Positions 15,734 to 24,000 of a stretch of DNA of 24,000 nt are shown here, in pieces. This DNA comes from Anaerorhabdus sp. Its GTDB lineage: Bacteria > Bacillota_I > Bacilli_A > Erysipelotrichales > Erysipelotrichaceae. Each line of letters begins with the position of its first letter. Positions within the stretch are counted from its first letter, which is position 1. The translations under genes were made by a program, and so were the position numbers. A model generated the notes under the pieces. It did no database searches, was not told the origin of the DNA, and saw only the letters and a list, made by a program, of their open reading frames with translations. Location of the stretch: NCBI GenBank assembly GCA_047973125.1, contig JBKEBK010000024.1, forward strand, positions 99,928 through 123,927, read 5' to 3'.

Positions 15734-18037
15734 TTAATTATATTTTAAAATATAACTTTCTCCTTTCTTTGAATCAAAAATATATTCATCATTAAATTTT
15801 TTAAAATCTATTTTTTTATCTTGGTTATAAATACATAACCCTTCATTTGCTTTAACTTTAATTGTACCACCAGCATTACTTACTAATTTTGCTTCTTTTA
15901 ATTTGTTGTTGTTCCAGATAATATCAACCGTTATCATACCTCTTGCTGATAATCCTTTGATATGACCACTCTTCCACTTTTTAGGAAGTGCTGGAAGTAA
16001 GTAAATAACACCATTATGGCTTTGCAGTAACATTTCACAAATTCCAGCAGTTACTCCAAAATTACTATCAATTTGAAACAAACCCTTTTTTGAAAAAGGA
16101 AGAGGATTAAGTTTATGCTTTCCAAGTAAATTATTATATGAACATTTATTTAATAAATATTCTATATATTCCAGTGCTTCATCACCATTTTTTAAACGGG
16201 CATACAAACATACCTTCCACGCAATTGACCAACCAGTCCACCCTTTAGAAAATCTTGATCTTTTCTCTAAACTAACATCACTGGCTTTTATTATTTTAGG
16301 ATCATTATGATATAAAATTCCATCTCCAGGATATAATGCAAACAAATGTGATAAATGTCGATGACTCTTGTATTTTTCCTTATAATCTTTTGCAAATTCA
16401 AGTAATTGACCATCTTTTCCAATTCTGTAAGGCTTTAATTTATCAATAGCCTCTTCAATCTTTGAAATTAATTTATGATTTGATTTAATTATTTTATCAG
16501 CATCTAATATATTTCTAAATAATTGTTCTATAATTGTTAAATCCATAGTTGATCCTATTGTTGATTGACATGTTGAAAAATTATGAAGAAATGAATTTTC
16601 AGGAGAAGTCGATGGAGAAGTGACAAGATTTCCAAGCTCATCTTCAATTAAAAAATCTAAACAAAATCTAGCACAATCTAACATTATTGGAAAAGCTTTA
16701 TTACATAAAAATTTCTTATCTAATTGAAATTCATAATGTTGCCATAAATGCAAACAAAGCCAAGGTCCAGCCATTGGCCAAAAAGCATAGTTTGCTGATC
16801 CTTTTGAAGGATGTGCCTGCCTCCATAAATCACTATTATGATTTGCAGTCCATCCTTTGCACCCAAGTGATGCAGCTGCATCTTTACCACTAATGCTTAA
16901 TTCTGATATAAATTCAAATAAAGGTTCATGACATTCTGAAAGAGAGCAAACTTCAGCAAACCAATAATTCATTGGTGTATTAATATTTAAAGTATAGTTA
17001 CTACCCCACGGTGGAACCTTAAAGTCATTCCATATCCCCTGCAGATTTGCCGGCTGTGCTCCTTTTCTTGATGAAGATATTAATAAATATCTTCCTAAAT
17101 CAAACAATTGTGTAATTTTTTCATCCTGAATTTTAAAATCAACCTTATCAAATAATTTTTTAAAGTCTTCTAAATGATCACTATATATTTCATTGTATTG
17201 TTTTTCTTTGGCAAGTTTAATAATGCCTTCACATTTATCTTTAGCAAATAATAGTTCTTTTGGATCACTAAACGGACTACTATAGCTTGTATTTAAAGAT
17301 ATCATTACAATGGTTACTTTTGAATCACTAACTGTAATTTTATCGTTGTTATGACTTATTTTACCATCAGTTTTAAAAATATTTATAATCCCATAATAAT
17401 TAACAGATGGAATTTCATCATTAAAAACAATGGAATCTTTATGAAAGTCGTAAATAGGATCTTGATGTATTGGAGCCTTACCACTAATTATAAGATCACT
17501 TTCTTTACAATTAACTTTAGCATTTTCATTTTGTGATTGTAAAACTAAATCAAATGATAATTTTTCACTTGATTCAATCTTAAGCATAATAACATTATCT
17601 ATATACGAAGCAAATATATCTTTTGTAATGACATTGTTATTCAATTCAAATTTTGATTTAACAATAGCATTTTCAATATCTAATTCTCTTATACAATTAC
17701 TTACTTTATCACTTGATTTAATGTTGACCAAAAGTCTTGCAAATGGTAAATAAGTTTGACTCCATCTACCAACAAGTTTTTTCTCAATTAATTTATCTGC
17801 TTGTTTATTCTTATCATTCTTTAATAAATTTCTAGCCTCTTTAATATCATTTTCTCTCTCACTACTAAATTCAAAAGGATTTTCTTTATCTTTTGTTCCT
17901 GACCATAAAGTATCTTCATTCAAAGAAATAATTTCATTTTTAAAACCACCCCAAGACATTGCACCTATTTTCCCATTACCAATAGGATAGCCCTCTTGAA
18001 AAATTTTAGCTGGAATTTTAGATATTAATTTAGTCAT
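15734..18037 (-). CDS. GH95 alpha-L-fucosidase (1,2-alpha-L-fucosidase type)
   Basis: ORF trimmed to the ATG at 18037, which has GGGAGG 7 nt upstream; the track start is a TTG at 18043. GH95 hallmarks are present: GYPIGNGKIGAM, LNEDTLWSG, NLQGIWN, YTLNINTPMNYW, HNSDLW and TSPSTSPENSF. No signal peptide. Confidence 0.88.
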   Translation of the reverse strand: MTKLISKIPAKIFQEGYPIGNGKIGAMSWGGFKNEIISLNEDTLWSGTKDKENPFEFSSERENDIKEARNLLKNDKNKQADKLIEKKLVGRWSQTYLPFARLLVNIKSSDKVSNCIRELDIENAIVKSKFELNNNVITKDIFASYIDNVIMLKIESSEKLSFDLVLQSQNENAKVNCKESDLIISGKAPIHQDPIYDFHKDSIVFNDEIPSVNYYGIINIFKTDGKISHNNDKITVSDSKVTIVMISLNTSYSSPFSDPKELLFAKDKCEGIIKLAKEKQYNEIYSDHLEDFKKLFDKVDFKIQDEKITQLFDLGRYLLISSSRKGAQPANLQGIWNDFKVPPWGSNYTLNINTPMNYWFAEVCSLSECHEPLFEFISELSISGKDAAASLGCKGWTANHNSDLWRQAHPSKGSANYAFWPMAGPWLCLHLWQHYEFQLDKKFLCNKAFPIMLDCARFCLDFLIEDELGNLVTSPSTSPENSFLHNFSTCQSTIGSTMDLTIIEQLFRNILDADKIIKSNHKLISKIEEAIDKLKPYRIGKDGQLLEFAKDYKEKYKSHRHLSHLFALYPGDGILYHNDPKIIKASDVSLEKRSRFSKGWTGWSIAWKVCLYARLKNGDEALEYIEYLLNKCSYNNLLGKHKLNPLPFSKKGLFQIDSNFGVTAGICEMLLQSHNGVIYLLPALPKKWKSGHIKGLSARGMITVDIIWNNNKLKEAKLVSNAGGTIKVKANEGLCIYNQDKKIDFKKFNDEYIFDSKKGESYILKYN

Positions 18038-18053
18038 CTTCAAACCTCCCTTA

Positions 18054-20462
18054 TTATAAAATGTTTTTTTGATTAATTTTATTAACTGTTAGATTCTGAG
18101 ATACTTCATTAAACCTAACTGATTTAACCGTTATTTTACCATCACCAATAGAACCATTTGTTTTTACCCAAAAACTTATTGTACCAGCTGTTAAAGCTAG
18201 GTTACTAGGTCCAATTAATTCTAATTTATCATTTACTTCAACGCTTATAACTTCATTTGAATACTGACAAAGTTCACCATTCTCATCAACACACTCAACA
18301 CTACACCTTACAGTTTCATACGTTTCATCTTCAACCAATACATCACTATCAATTTTCAAGATAAGACTTGGATTAAACACTTGTGATTTGTTTTTAACAA
18401 GAATACGCTGACCATCTTTATACCCTTCAAAGCGATATGTTGTTGAAGAACTGCCCCAACCACCAAAATACTTTGTATAAAGAGCACTAGCATCTTGAAT
18501 ATTCATCTTGTATTTTAAGTATAACCTTCCAATTTTAAATAAATCTGTAATTGGTAAATCTAATCCTTTTTTATCAACTTTCATTAGAATTTTCTTAATT
18601 GTTTTAGCATCCTTTTTACTAAATCTTTCATTTTTCTCAATAGCATCACCAATAAAATCATCAATAACTATTGGAGGATGATTTAAATTAGGAAATAACA
18701 CTTTATTTGGATAAAACTCCTTTATATAAACATCATTAACATACATTCTAACAAAATCACAGTTTGTATATATGTAAACATCTCCTCTTATAGATTCATC
18801 TACATCACCATTATCAAGTGTACTCGCAATCTCCATTACTGGGTATTCACTACCCTCAGCCTGATAAACATATCCTGCATATTTAAAATTTCTATACATA
18901 TCAAGAACACCGTGATAACAAATTTTATCACCACTACCAAATTCTTTATGAGTATTATAATCATTCATACACCAACCAATAGCTCCAGATATTTCATTAT
19001 CACCCATCATTCTATTAATTACATTTAAGTGTCTTAAACTATGTTCAACTCTTCTTCCTTGTGAGTCGTGCCGTTTAGTTGGAAACATATGACCATTATA
19101 TTCTGTTACTAAATAAGGCACTTTTGATTTTGCGATTTTTTTTCTTTTATCTAAGATAACTTTACCACCATTGTATATAAAGTCATTATAGGTGTATACA
19201 TCTTCAAGTAACTTACTTCCTGCAAAACATCTTACGCCACCTGTTGGTCTTGAAGAGTCTAAACTTTTGGCTAATAAGTTAGTTTTCTTATATAATTCAT
19301 CACAGTCTTGTGATTCATTTATACGAACACCCCAAATAAATACCGATGGATGATTGAAGTCTTTTTTTATCATTTCTTCTACTTGAATTAGAGTATTATC
19401 GCACCACTCACCATCTCGTTGTGACACATACTGCCATCCTGGAATTTCATCAAACACTAGCAGGCCAATTTCATCACATCGATTTAAAAAATGATCTGAA
19501 GGTGGATAGTGAGAAGATCTTACTACATTTAACCCTAAGTCATACTTTAAGATATCAGCATCTTTTTCCTGAGCATTTTTTGGCATTGCATAACCAACAT
19601 AAGGGAAAGATTGATGTCTATTTAGTCCTCTTAACTTTATTTTACTACCATTTAAATAAAAACCATCATCTTTAAATTCTACCTCTCTAAACCCTGTTCG
19701 AATTAGTTTAGTATCTTCACTATCAGAAGTTTTTATACTAATCTTAAAATCATATAAGACTGGAGAATTTAAATTCCACAATAAAACATCATCTTCTAAT
19801 GTAAATTCTAGTGTTTTTCTGGAATTTATGGCTTGATCAATTTCAATATCTTTAGTAAATTTTCTAATCAATTCTCCATCTTTTTCTATACTCATTTCTA
19901 AATTACATTTATCATAATTATTAATATTAGTAAGAAATAAATCCATATTAATTTTCTTTTGCTTTGATTTAGTATCTTTAAAGATTAAATGACAGTTTTC
20001 AATATATAAATTATCAACAACATCTAAAAATACTTCACGATACATTCCACCATATGTTAAGTAATCAACTACAAATCCAAATGGTGCAATATTTGGGTTT
20101 TCATTAGAATCAACACAAACTAAAACATCATTTTCTATAGAAAAGTTTATAAATTCAGTAATATCAAAACAAAATGGTGTATATCCTCCTTTATGAGAGC
20201 CAACTAATTTATCATTAACAAAAACCTCTGCTTCAAGCATTACACCATCAAATTTTAATAAATATCTTTTATCAGAGTAATCCTTATCAATCATAATTTT
20301 CTTTTTATAATAACTCTTAAACTGATAACTCTTTTCATTTACGTAATTATAAGGAATTTCTAAATTAGTATGAGGAATATTAACTTTAATCCACTCATCT
20401 TTTTTATATGCGATTTCTGTTGCATAATCCCATCCATAATTTAAGTTGTATCTTTTTAACAT
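18054..20462 (-). CDS. GH2 glycosidase (beta-galactosidase-type)
   Basis: 802 aa. GH2 sugar-binding domain FDGVMLEAEVFVNDKLVGSHKGGYTPFCFDIT, acid/base region NHPSVFIWGVRINES, and nucleophile region YLVTEYNGH. The ATG overlaps the upstream stop by 7 nt, with GAGGAGGA just upstream. No signal peptide. Confidence 0.88.
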   Translation of the reverse strand: MLKRYNLNYGWDYATEIAYKKDEWIKVNIPHTNLEIPYNYVNEKSYQFKSYYKKKIMIDKDYSDKRYLLKFDGVMLEAEVFVNDKLVGSHKGGYTPFCFDITEFINFSIENDVLVCVDSNENPNIAPFGFVVDYLTYGGMYREVFLDVVDNLYIENCHLIFKDTKSKQKKINMDLFLTNINNYDKCNLEMSIEKDGELIRKFTKDIEIDQAINSRKTLEFTLEDDVLLWNLNSPVLYDFKISIKTSDSEDTKLIRTGFREVEFKDDGFYLNGSKIKLRGLNRHQSFPYVGYAMPKNAQEKDADILKYDLGLNVVRSSHYPPSDHFLNRCDEIGLLVFDEIPGWQYVSQRDGEWCDNTLIQVEEMIKKDFNHPSVFIWGVRINESQDCDELYKKTNLLAKSLDSSRPTGGVRCFAGSKLLEDVYTYNDFIYNGGKVILDKRKKIAKSKVPYLVTEYNGHMFPTKRHDSQGRRVEHSLRHLNVINRMMGDNEISGAIGWCMNDYNTHKEFGSGDKICYHGVLDMYRNFKYAGYVYQAEGSEYPVMEIASTLDNGDVDESIRGDVYIYTNCDFVRMYVNDVYIKEFYPNKVLFPNLNHPPIVIDDFIGDAIEKNERFSKKDAKTIKKILMKVDKKGLDLPITDLFKIGRLYLKYKMNIQDASALYTKYFGGWGSSSTTYRFEGYKDGQRILVKNKSQVFNPSLILKIDSDVLVEDETYETVRCSVECVDENGELCQYSNEVISVEVNDKLELIGPSNLALTAGTISFWVKTNGSIGDGKITVKSVRFNEVSQNLTVNKINQKNIL

Positions 20463-22057
20463 TTTATATCCTCCTCTATAATATTAATACAGTTTTTAAT
20501 TTTTTTTAAAATTGGTAAGTTACATTTGTTATTAACTATTTTTAAACCATCAACATGATTTGCTGAAATTATAGGTTTTAAATTATTTATATTAAATTCA
20601 TTTGAATCAATTTTAATATTTTTATGAATATATCCATCAATCTTTTTTACTTCTGGAGCTATATTAATATTGGGAAAACCACAATCCTCAAAGTAATTAT
20701 TTTCAATTAATACATCATTTACCGGACCAGATTCATACCAACTATTAGCATCACACGCAATTAATATCGCACTCATATTGACTCTTATAAACTTATTATT
20801 TCTTATCACAGCTTTTTTACCATTTGTAAGAAGTATTCCTCTTGTTGGAGTATTTGTAAAATAATTATCTTCAATAACTACCTCTGTTACTTCACTTAAA
20901 TTTTGAATAACAGAAGATTTTTCTACTTTATTGATTTTGTTTGCTAATTTAACCTTAAATACATAATTATCAACACGTACACAATCAACGACAGAATTCT
21001 TATGATAAGACATTAAAGTGGAGCTATTAACTAACATAATTTCATCATCTACAATAAATGGCATAATGCCATATGTTTGTGGATGCATGTATCTTACTTC
21101 TAACTCATAATCACTTATTTTTTTTAAAACTTTTAAATAAGTACTGTGGATATTAATACAGTCATCATGAGCGCCATCAAACTTGCAATTTTTTATAAAA
21201 ACATTACCTTTGCACCCAGAAATATGCAGAAAATCGGCAAAGCCAGCACATGTTCTACCTACTTGTGGGATAAAGTTTAATGATTTAAAATTTAAATTTT
21301 TGCACTTCTGTGCAATAATCCCTAGTCCATGCATAAAATTTAAATTACAATATTCTAAAGTTATATTTTTAGAATTTTCAATAAAAATACCAACTTCATT
21401 TCGTATGCCATCTCTAAAATGAAATACATCATTTACATTAATGTTAAAAAGATTGATTAATCCAAGGCTATACAACCTATATGTATTATTACCTAAGTGC
21501 TTTTGCTTTATAAACAGCTTATTTATTGAAAATACTCTTTTAAATTTTTTTGTACTATTAGATATTTTTACGCATAACTTCATTTTCTTCCACAATCTAG
21601 TTGTAAAAATTTCTTGGTATTCTTCATTAATTTTTACATCTATATAAAATAATCCTTTTTTAATAACTTTAAATTCAAATACTGTAGGCTCTTTAAAATC
21701 AAATTTACAATTTATTAATTTAATATTAGTTGAATCTTTAATTAAGACTTCACTCATTTTATCAATATAATTAAACTTTGATCCTGAAGCATCTATAGTA
21801 AGATTTTTCTGATTCTCAATTACAATACCAAAATGCCTAGTGTTATCTGCATATTCTTTGCTTGTAGTACAATTACTAATAAAACATTTATAATTTAAAG
21901 AATTTTCTCTATAGAAATTATATGTGCCATAATCAAATTTAACACTACAAGCTTCATCTATATTTTTTACATCGTTTAATAATTTTACGATCTTTTTTGT
22001 TTGATCTTTATCACTATTTGGAATAATTCCATAATCTTTCGCATTTATTTTAATCAT
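20456..22057 (-). CDS. right-handed parallel beta-helix (pectin-lyase-fold) protein, probable glycosidase of unassigned family
   Basis: About 533 aa from the ATG at 22057 (ATGATTAA overlaps the upstream stop); a GTG at 22066 is the alternative start. The N-terminal INAKDYGIIPNSDKDQTKKI resembles the start of beta-helix glycosidases. Repeating coil signatures: NIKLINCKF, NITLEYCNL, NLNFKSLNF, NVFIKNCKFDGAHDDCINIHS, VVIEDNYF, AVIRNNKF, VLIENNYFEDC, IKIDSNEF, LKIVNNKC. No signal peptide. Confidence 0.7.
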   Translation of the reverse strand: MIKINAKDYGIIPNSDKDQTKKIVKLLNDVKNIDEACSVKFDYGTYNFYRENSLNYKCFISNCTTSKEYADNTRHFGIVIENQKNLTIDASGSKFNYIDKMSEVLIKDSTNIKLINCKFDFKEPTVFEFKVIKKGLFYIDVKINEEYQEIFTTRLWKKMKLCVKISNSTKKFKRVFSINKLFIKQKHLGNNTYRLYSLGLINLFNINVNDVFHFRDGIRNEVGIFIENSKNITLEYCNLNFMHGLGIIAQKCKNLNFKSLNFIPQVGRTCAGFADFLHISGCKGNVFIKNCKFDGAHDDCINIHSTYLKVLKKISDYELEVRYMHPQTYGIMPFIVDDEIMLVNSSTLMSYHKNSVVDCVRVDNYVFKVKLANKINKVEKSSVIQNLSEVTEVVIEDNYFTNTPTRGILLTNGKKAVIRNNKFIRVNMSAILIACDANSWYESGPVNDVLIENNYFEDCGFPNINIAPEVKKIDGYIHKNIKIDSNEFNINNLKPIISANHVDGLKIVNNKCNLPILKKIKNCINIIEEDIKC

Positions 22058-23426
22058 AATAAACACTTTTCTTTGTAACTAGTTTTGTCATTTTCTTTGG
22101 TAAAAGTGACAGTTCTATTTGTCCATCTTTTACAGTAATTTCTTGTTTTAAATCATCAATTAAAAATACAACTTCACTGAATTGGTGCCACTCTTTAGGT
22201 AAATTAATAGTACGATCACTATAACCTTCTATACTGTATAAAATTAAACTATTACACTGATCAAATATATTTGGTACAACAACATTTTTTCCATCTTTTA
22301 ATATAAACTTACCATCTGATATAAAATGTTTATTTTTATAAGATATAAAATTATTTGAATATTGTACTCGTTTTTCTTTTCCTTTACCAATAATTGCAAT
22401 CCTATCTAAAGAATTTAAGAAGAAAAACGGCAGTGTATCTAAACAGAATTTTTCAATTATTTCTTCTTCCCAATTTAAATTAGTTTCACTTGTCCCCTGC
22501 TTTACCCACGCATCTTCTCCATGAATACTTTTTCCAAACATCCTATCAAGATATTTTTTATACTTTTTATACTTACGGTTTGGCTTTCCTCCACAGATTA
22601 AGCTTGCTGGTCTATTTAGATACTCATTTTCACTTTGGTTAATCCACCACACCAGAGGAACAAGACCGATAAGGTCTGTAACACCATTTTCACAATATAA
22701 GAATTCACTAGTAACATCTACCCCTTTATTACGCCAATATCTAATGATTTTCCTTCTAAATATCATTTCATCTTCTATTGTTACCTTCGATCTTATACTT
22801 GAACGACAGAAAAACGCATCTATATGAATTGTTTTAACATCATCTAAATTAAATCTTTCAATTAAACTGTCAATTCTTTTTTGAGCATAACCACTTAAAT
22901 ATTCATTTTTATAATTAATTTGGTAAGCAACTCGCCCATTCCACTTACCGATCTTTTTCGGCTTATTAAAAATGTTTTTACTAATCAAATTATTTTCTAG
23001 ATACTCATTCCATAATGGACTACACTTATATGCATCAGTCATATTAATGTGAAGACTAACTGTAGTATGATGTTTTTTTGCTTCTTTTATTAACCATCTT
23101 AAACTATCATCAGCACAACTATCTTCTCTTCTTTTTAAGTTGTCATTAACAATTTCCCAACTTGGATAAGAATCATCATGACCATTAAATTGCCAACCTA
23201 CTAAATAAATTATTTTAGGCACATTTAAGGTAATTTGATTTAACTTAATTATTCTCTTTAATGCTTCTTCAAAGTTACAATAAACTATTGATCCACCTTT
23301 ATTATCAGGCAATGATAACAGCATTTTTAAAACTAAAGTTTCATGGTATTTATGCAAGTATGCTCTTTCTGGTTTTAAAGTTTTTTTCCAATCATAAAAC
23401 TCTCCAGAGATTTCATTATTAATCAT
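22050..23426 (-). CDS. TIM-barrel glycosidase-like protein, possibly GH101/GH129-related (alpha-N-acetylgalactosaminidase clan)
   Basis: 458 aa. The beta-strand plus loop motif IIYLVGWQFNGHDDSYPSW recalls, from memory, the GH101/GH129 catalytic barrel. Candidate nucleophile strand TIHIDAFF (D203) and acid/base VTSEF (E241), followed by a C-terminal beta-sandwich-like region. The CDS call is solid, but the family call is tentative. Confidence 0.45.
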   Translation of the reverse strand: MINNEISGEFYDWKKTLKPERAYLHKYHETLVLKMLLSLPDNKGGSIVYCNFEEALKRIIKLNQITLNVPKIIYLVGWQFNGHDDSYPSWEIVNDNLKRREDSCADDSLRWLIKEAKKHHTTVSLHINMTDAYKCSPLWNEYLENNLISKNIFNKPKKIGKWNGRVAYQINYKNEYLSGYAQKRIDSLIERFNLDDVKTIHIDAFFCRSSIRSKVTIEDEMIFRRKIIRYWRNKGVDVTSEFLYCENGVTDLIGLVPLVWWINQSENEYLNRPASLICGGKPNRKYKKYKKYLDRMFGKSIHGEDAWVKQGTSETNLNWEEEIIEKFCLDTLPFFFLNSLDRIAIIGKGKEKRVQYSNNFISYKNKHFISDGKFILKDGKNVVVPNIFDQCNSLILYSIEGYSDRTINLPKEWHQFSEVVFLIDDLKQEITVKDGQIELSLLPKKMTKLVTKKSVYYD

Positions 23427-23428
23427 AT

Positions 23429-24000
23429 TTAACTCACCATTTTTATGCTAAAAATAAAGCTAGCATAATCTCCTTTTATAAGTGGTATTACCAAACCAAC
23501 ATTCATTAAATAACTTCCAGTATATGCACTATTTACTTCCTTTACAAAATATTTTTTATTTTCACATAAACCTTTACACTTTAGTTTGATAATTGAGGCA
23601 TTTGGCTTTACTAACACTTGATAAAATGCCATTATAGCTTCTTCTTTGTTTTTTGATACAATCATCCAAGCACAACTATTTCCTTCAAATGGATTAATCA
23701 AACGATAAAAACTACCATTTTGAATTAATTTCCTGTTATTTTTATATTCTAATACCTGTTCTTTAATACTTTCACGCTCTTCCTTAGAAATTTTATTTAG
23801 ATCTAAGCTGTATCCAAAATTACCAAACATCGCAACATCACCACGCATCTTAAAACTTGGACTTCTAAAAACTTGATGATTTGGTACATCAGATACTTGA
23901 GCACCCATAAATATAGGTGGATAAACTAAACTTGTCCCATATTGTATTTTTAATCTTTCTACGGCGTCACTATCATCACTTGTCCATGCTTGTGGCATAT
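23429..24000 (-). CDS. GH36 alpha-galactosidase (or alpha-N-acetylgalactosaminidase), C-terminal ~190 codons; 5' end off-window
   Basis: PQAWTSDDSDAVERLKIQYGTSLVYPPIFMGAQVSDVPNHQ...RGDVAMFGNFGYSLDL matches the GH36 acid/base region (WTSD.TDA.ERL.IQ.G.S..YP) and is followed by the C-terminal beta-sandwich. The track's ATG at 23998 is an edge artefact. Confidence 0.85.
   Translation of the reverse strand, partial: MPQAWTSDDSDAVERLKIQYGTSLVYPPIFMGAQVSDVPNHQVFRSPSFKMRGDVAMFGNFGYSLDLNKISKEERESIKEQVLEYKNNRKLIQNGSFYRLINPFEGNSCAWMIVSKNKEEAIMAFYQVLVKPNASIIKLKCKGLCENKKYFVKEVNSAYTGSYLMNVGLVIPLIKGDYASFIFSIKMVS

Noticed and set aside
18038-18043. TTG start (MK-) for GH95, and similarly the GTG start at 22066 for the beta-helix gene
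   Set aside because: For GH95, GGGAGG is ideally spaced (7 nt) for the ATG at 18037. For the beta-helix gene, the ATG at 22057 overlaps the upstream stop in a typical coupling arrangement; that choice is less certain.
14654-21647. Track ORFs 14654..14860, 16687..16893, 17351..17536, 19421..19675, 21183..21422 and 21441..21647 (all +)
   Set aside because: All are antisense to the long glycosidase and oxidoreductase genes. They lack an RBS and have typical shadow-ORF composition.
1-24000. Search for CRISPR arrays, tRNA/rRNA genes, riboswitch-length leaders, transposases or integrases, toxin-antitoxin pairs and defence-system signatures
   Set aside because: I saw no spaced direct repeats. All intergenic regions are 210 bp or shorter and are accounted for by promoters and terminators. 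Every ORF longer than 100 aa has a housekeeping or carbohydrate-active assignment. No defence or mobile system is supportable from this window.

Overview
This is a low-GC Bacillota-type chromosomal segment using the standard genetic code (TGA is used as a stop at pncA). About 60% of it (1..14200) is ordinary housekeeping DNA with Bacillus-like synteny. It carries frr (partial)-pyrH, a translationally coupled pncA-pncB NAD-salvage pair, and a divergent M16B peptidase pair (one subunit inactive, one active). A monocistronic tail-less SSB paralogue follows. Then comes a long minus-strand string: rny-ymdB-ferredoxin-miaB-RNase J-ftsK. The right 40% (14404..24000) is one tightly packed minus-strand operon of six enzymes with no signal peptides. 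In transcription order these are a GH36 alpha-galactosidase (5' end off-window), a compact TIM-barrel protein that looks GH101/GH129-like, a parallel beta-helix protein of unassigned family, a GH2 beta-galactosidase-type enzyme, a GH95 alpha-L-fucosidase, and a Gfo/Idh/MocA oxidoreductase with a Cys-rich insert. I found no rRNA, tRNA, CRISPR array, transposase, integrase, toxin-antitoxin pair or recognisable defence module. The most promising region is the glycosidase operon, specifically its two unassignable enzymes and the unusual oxidoreductase. The RNase J also appears to have lost several metal-ligand residues. Six ORF-track N-termini are over-extended, and I trimmed them using Shine-Dalgarno position. 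All family calls rest on motif recognition by eye, since no searches could be run.
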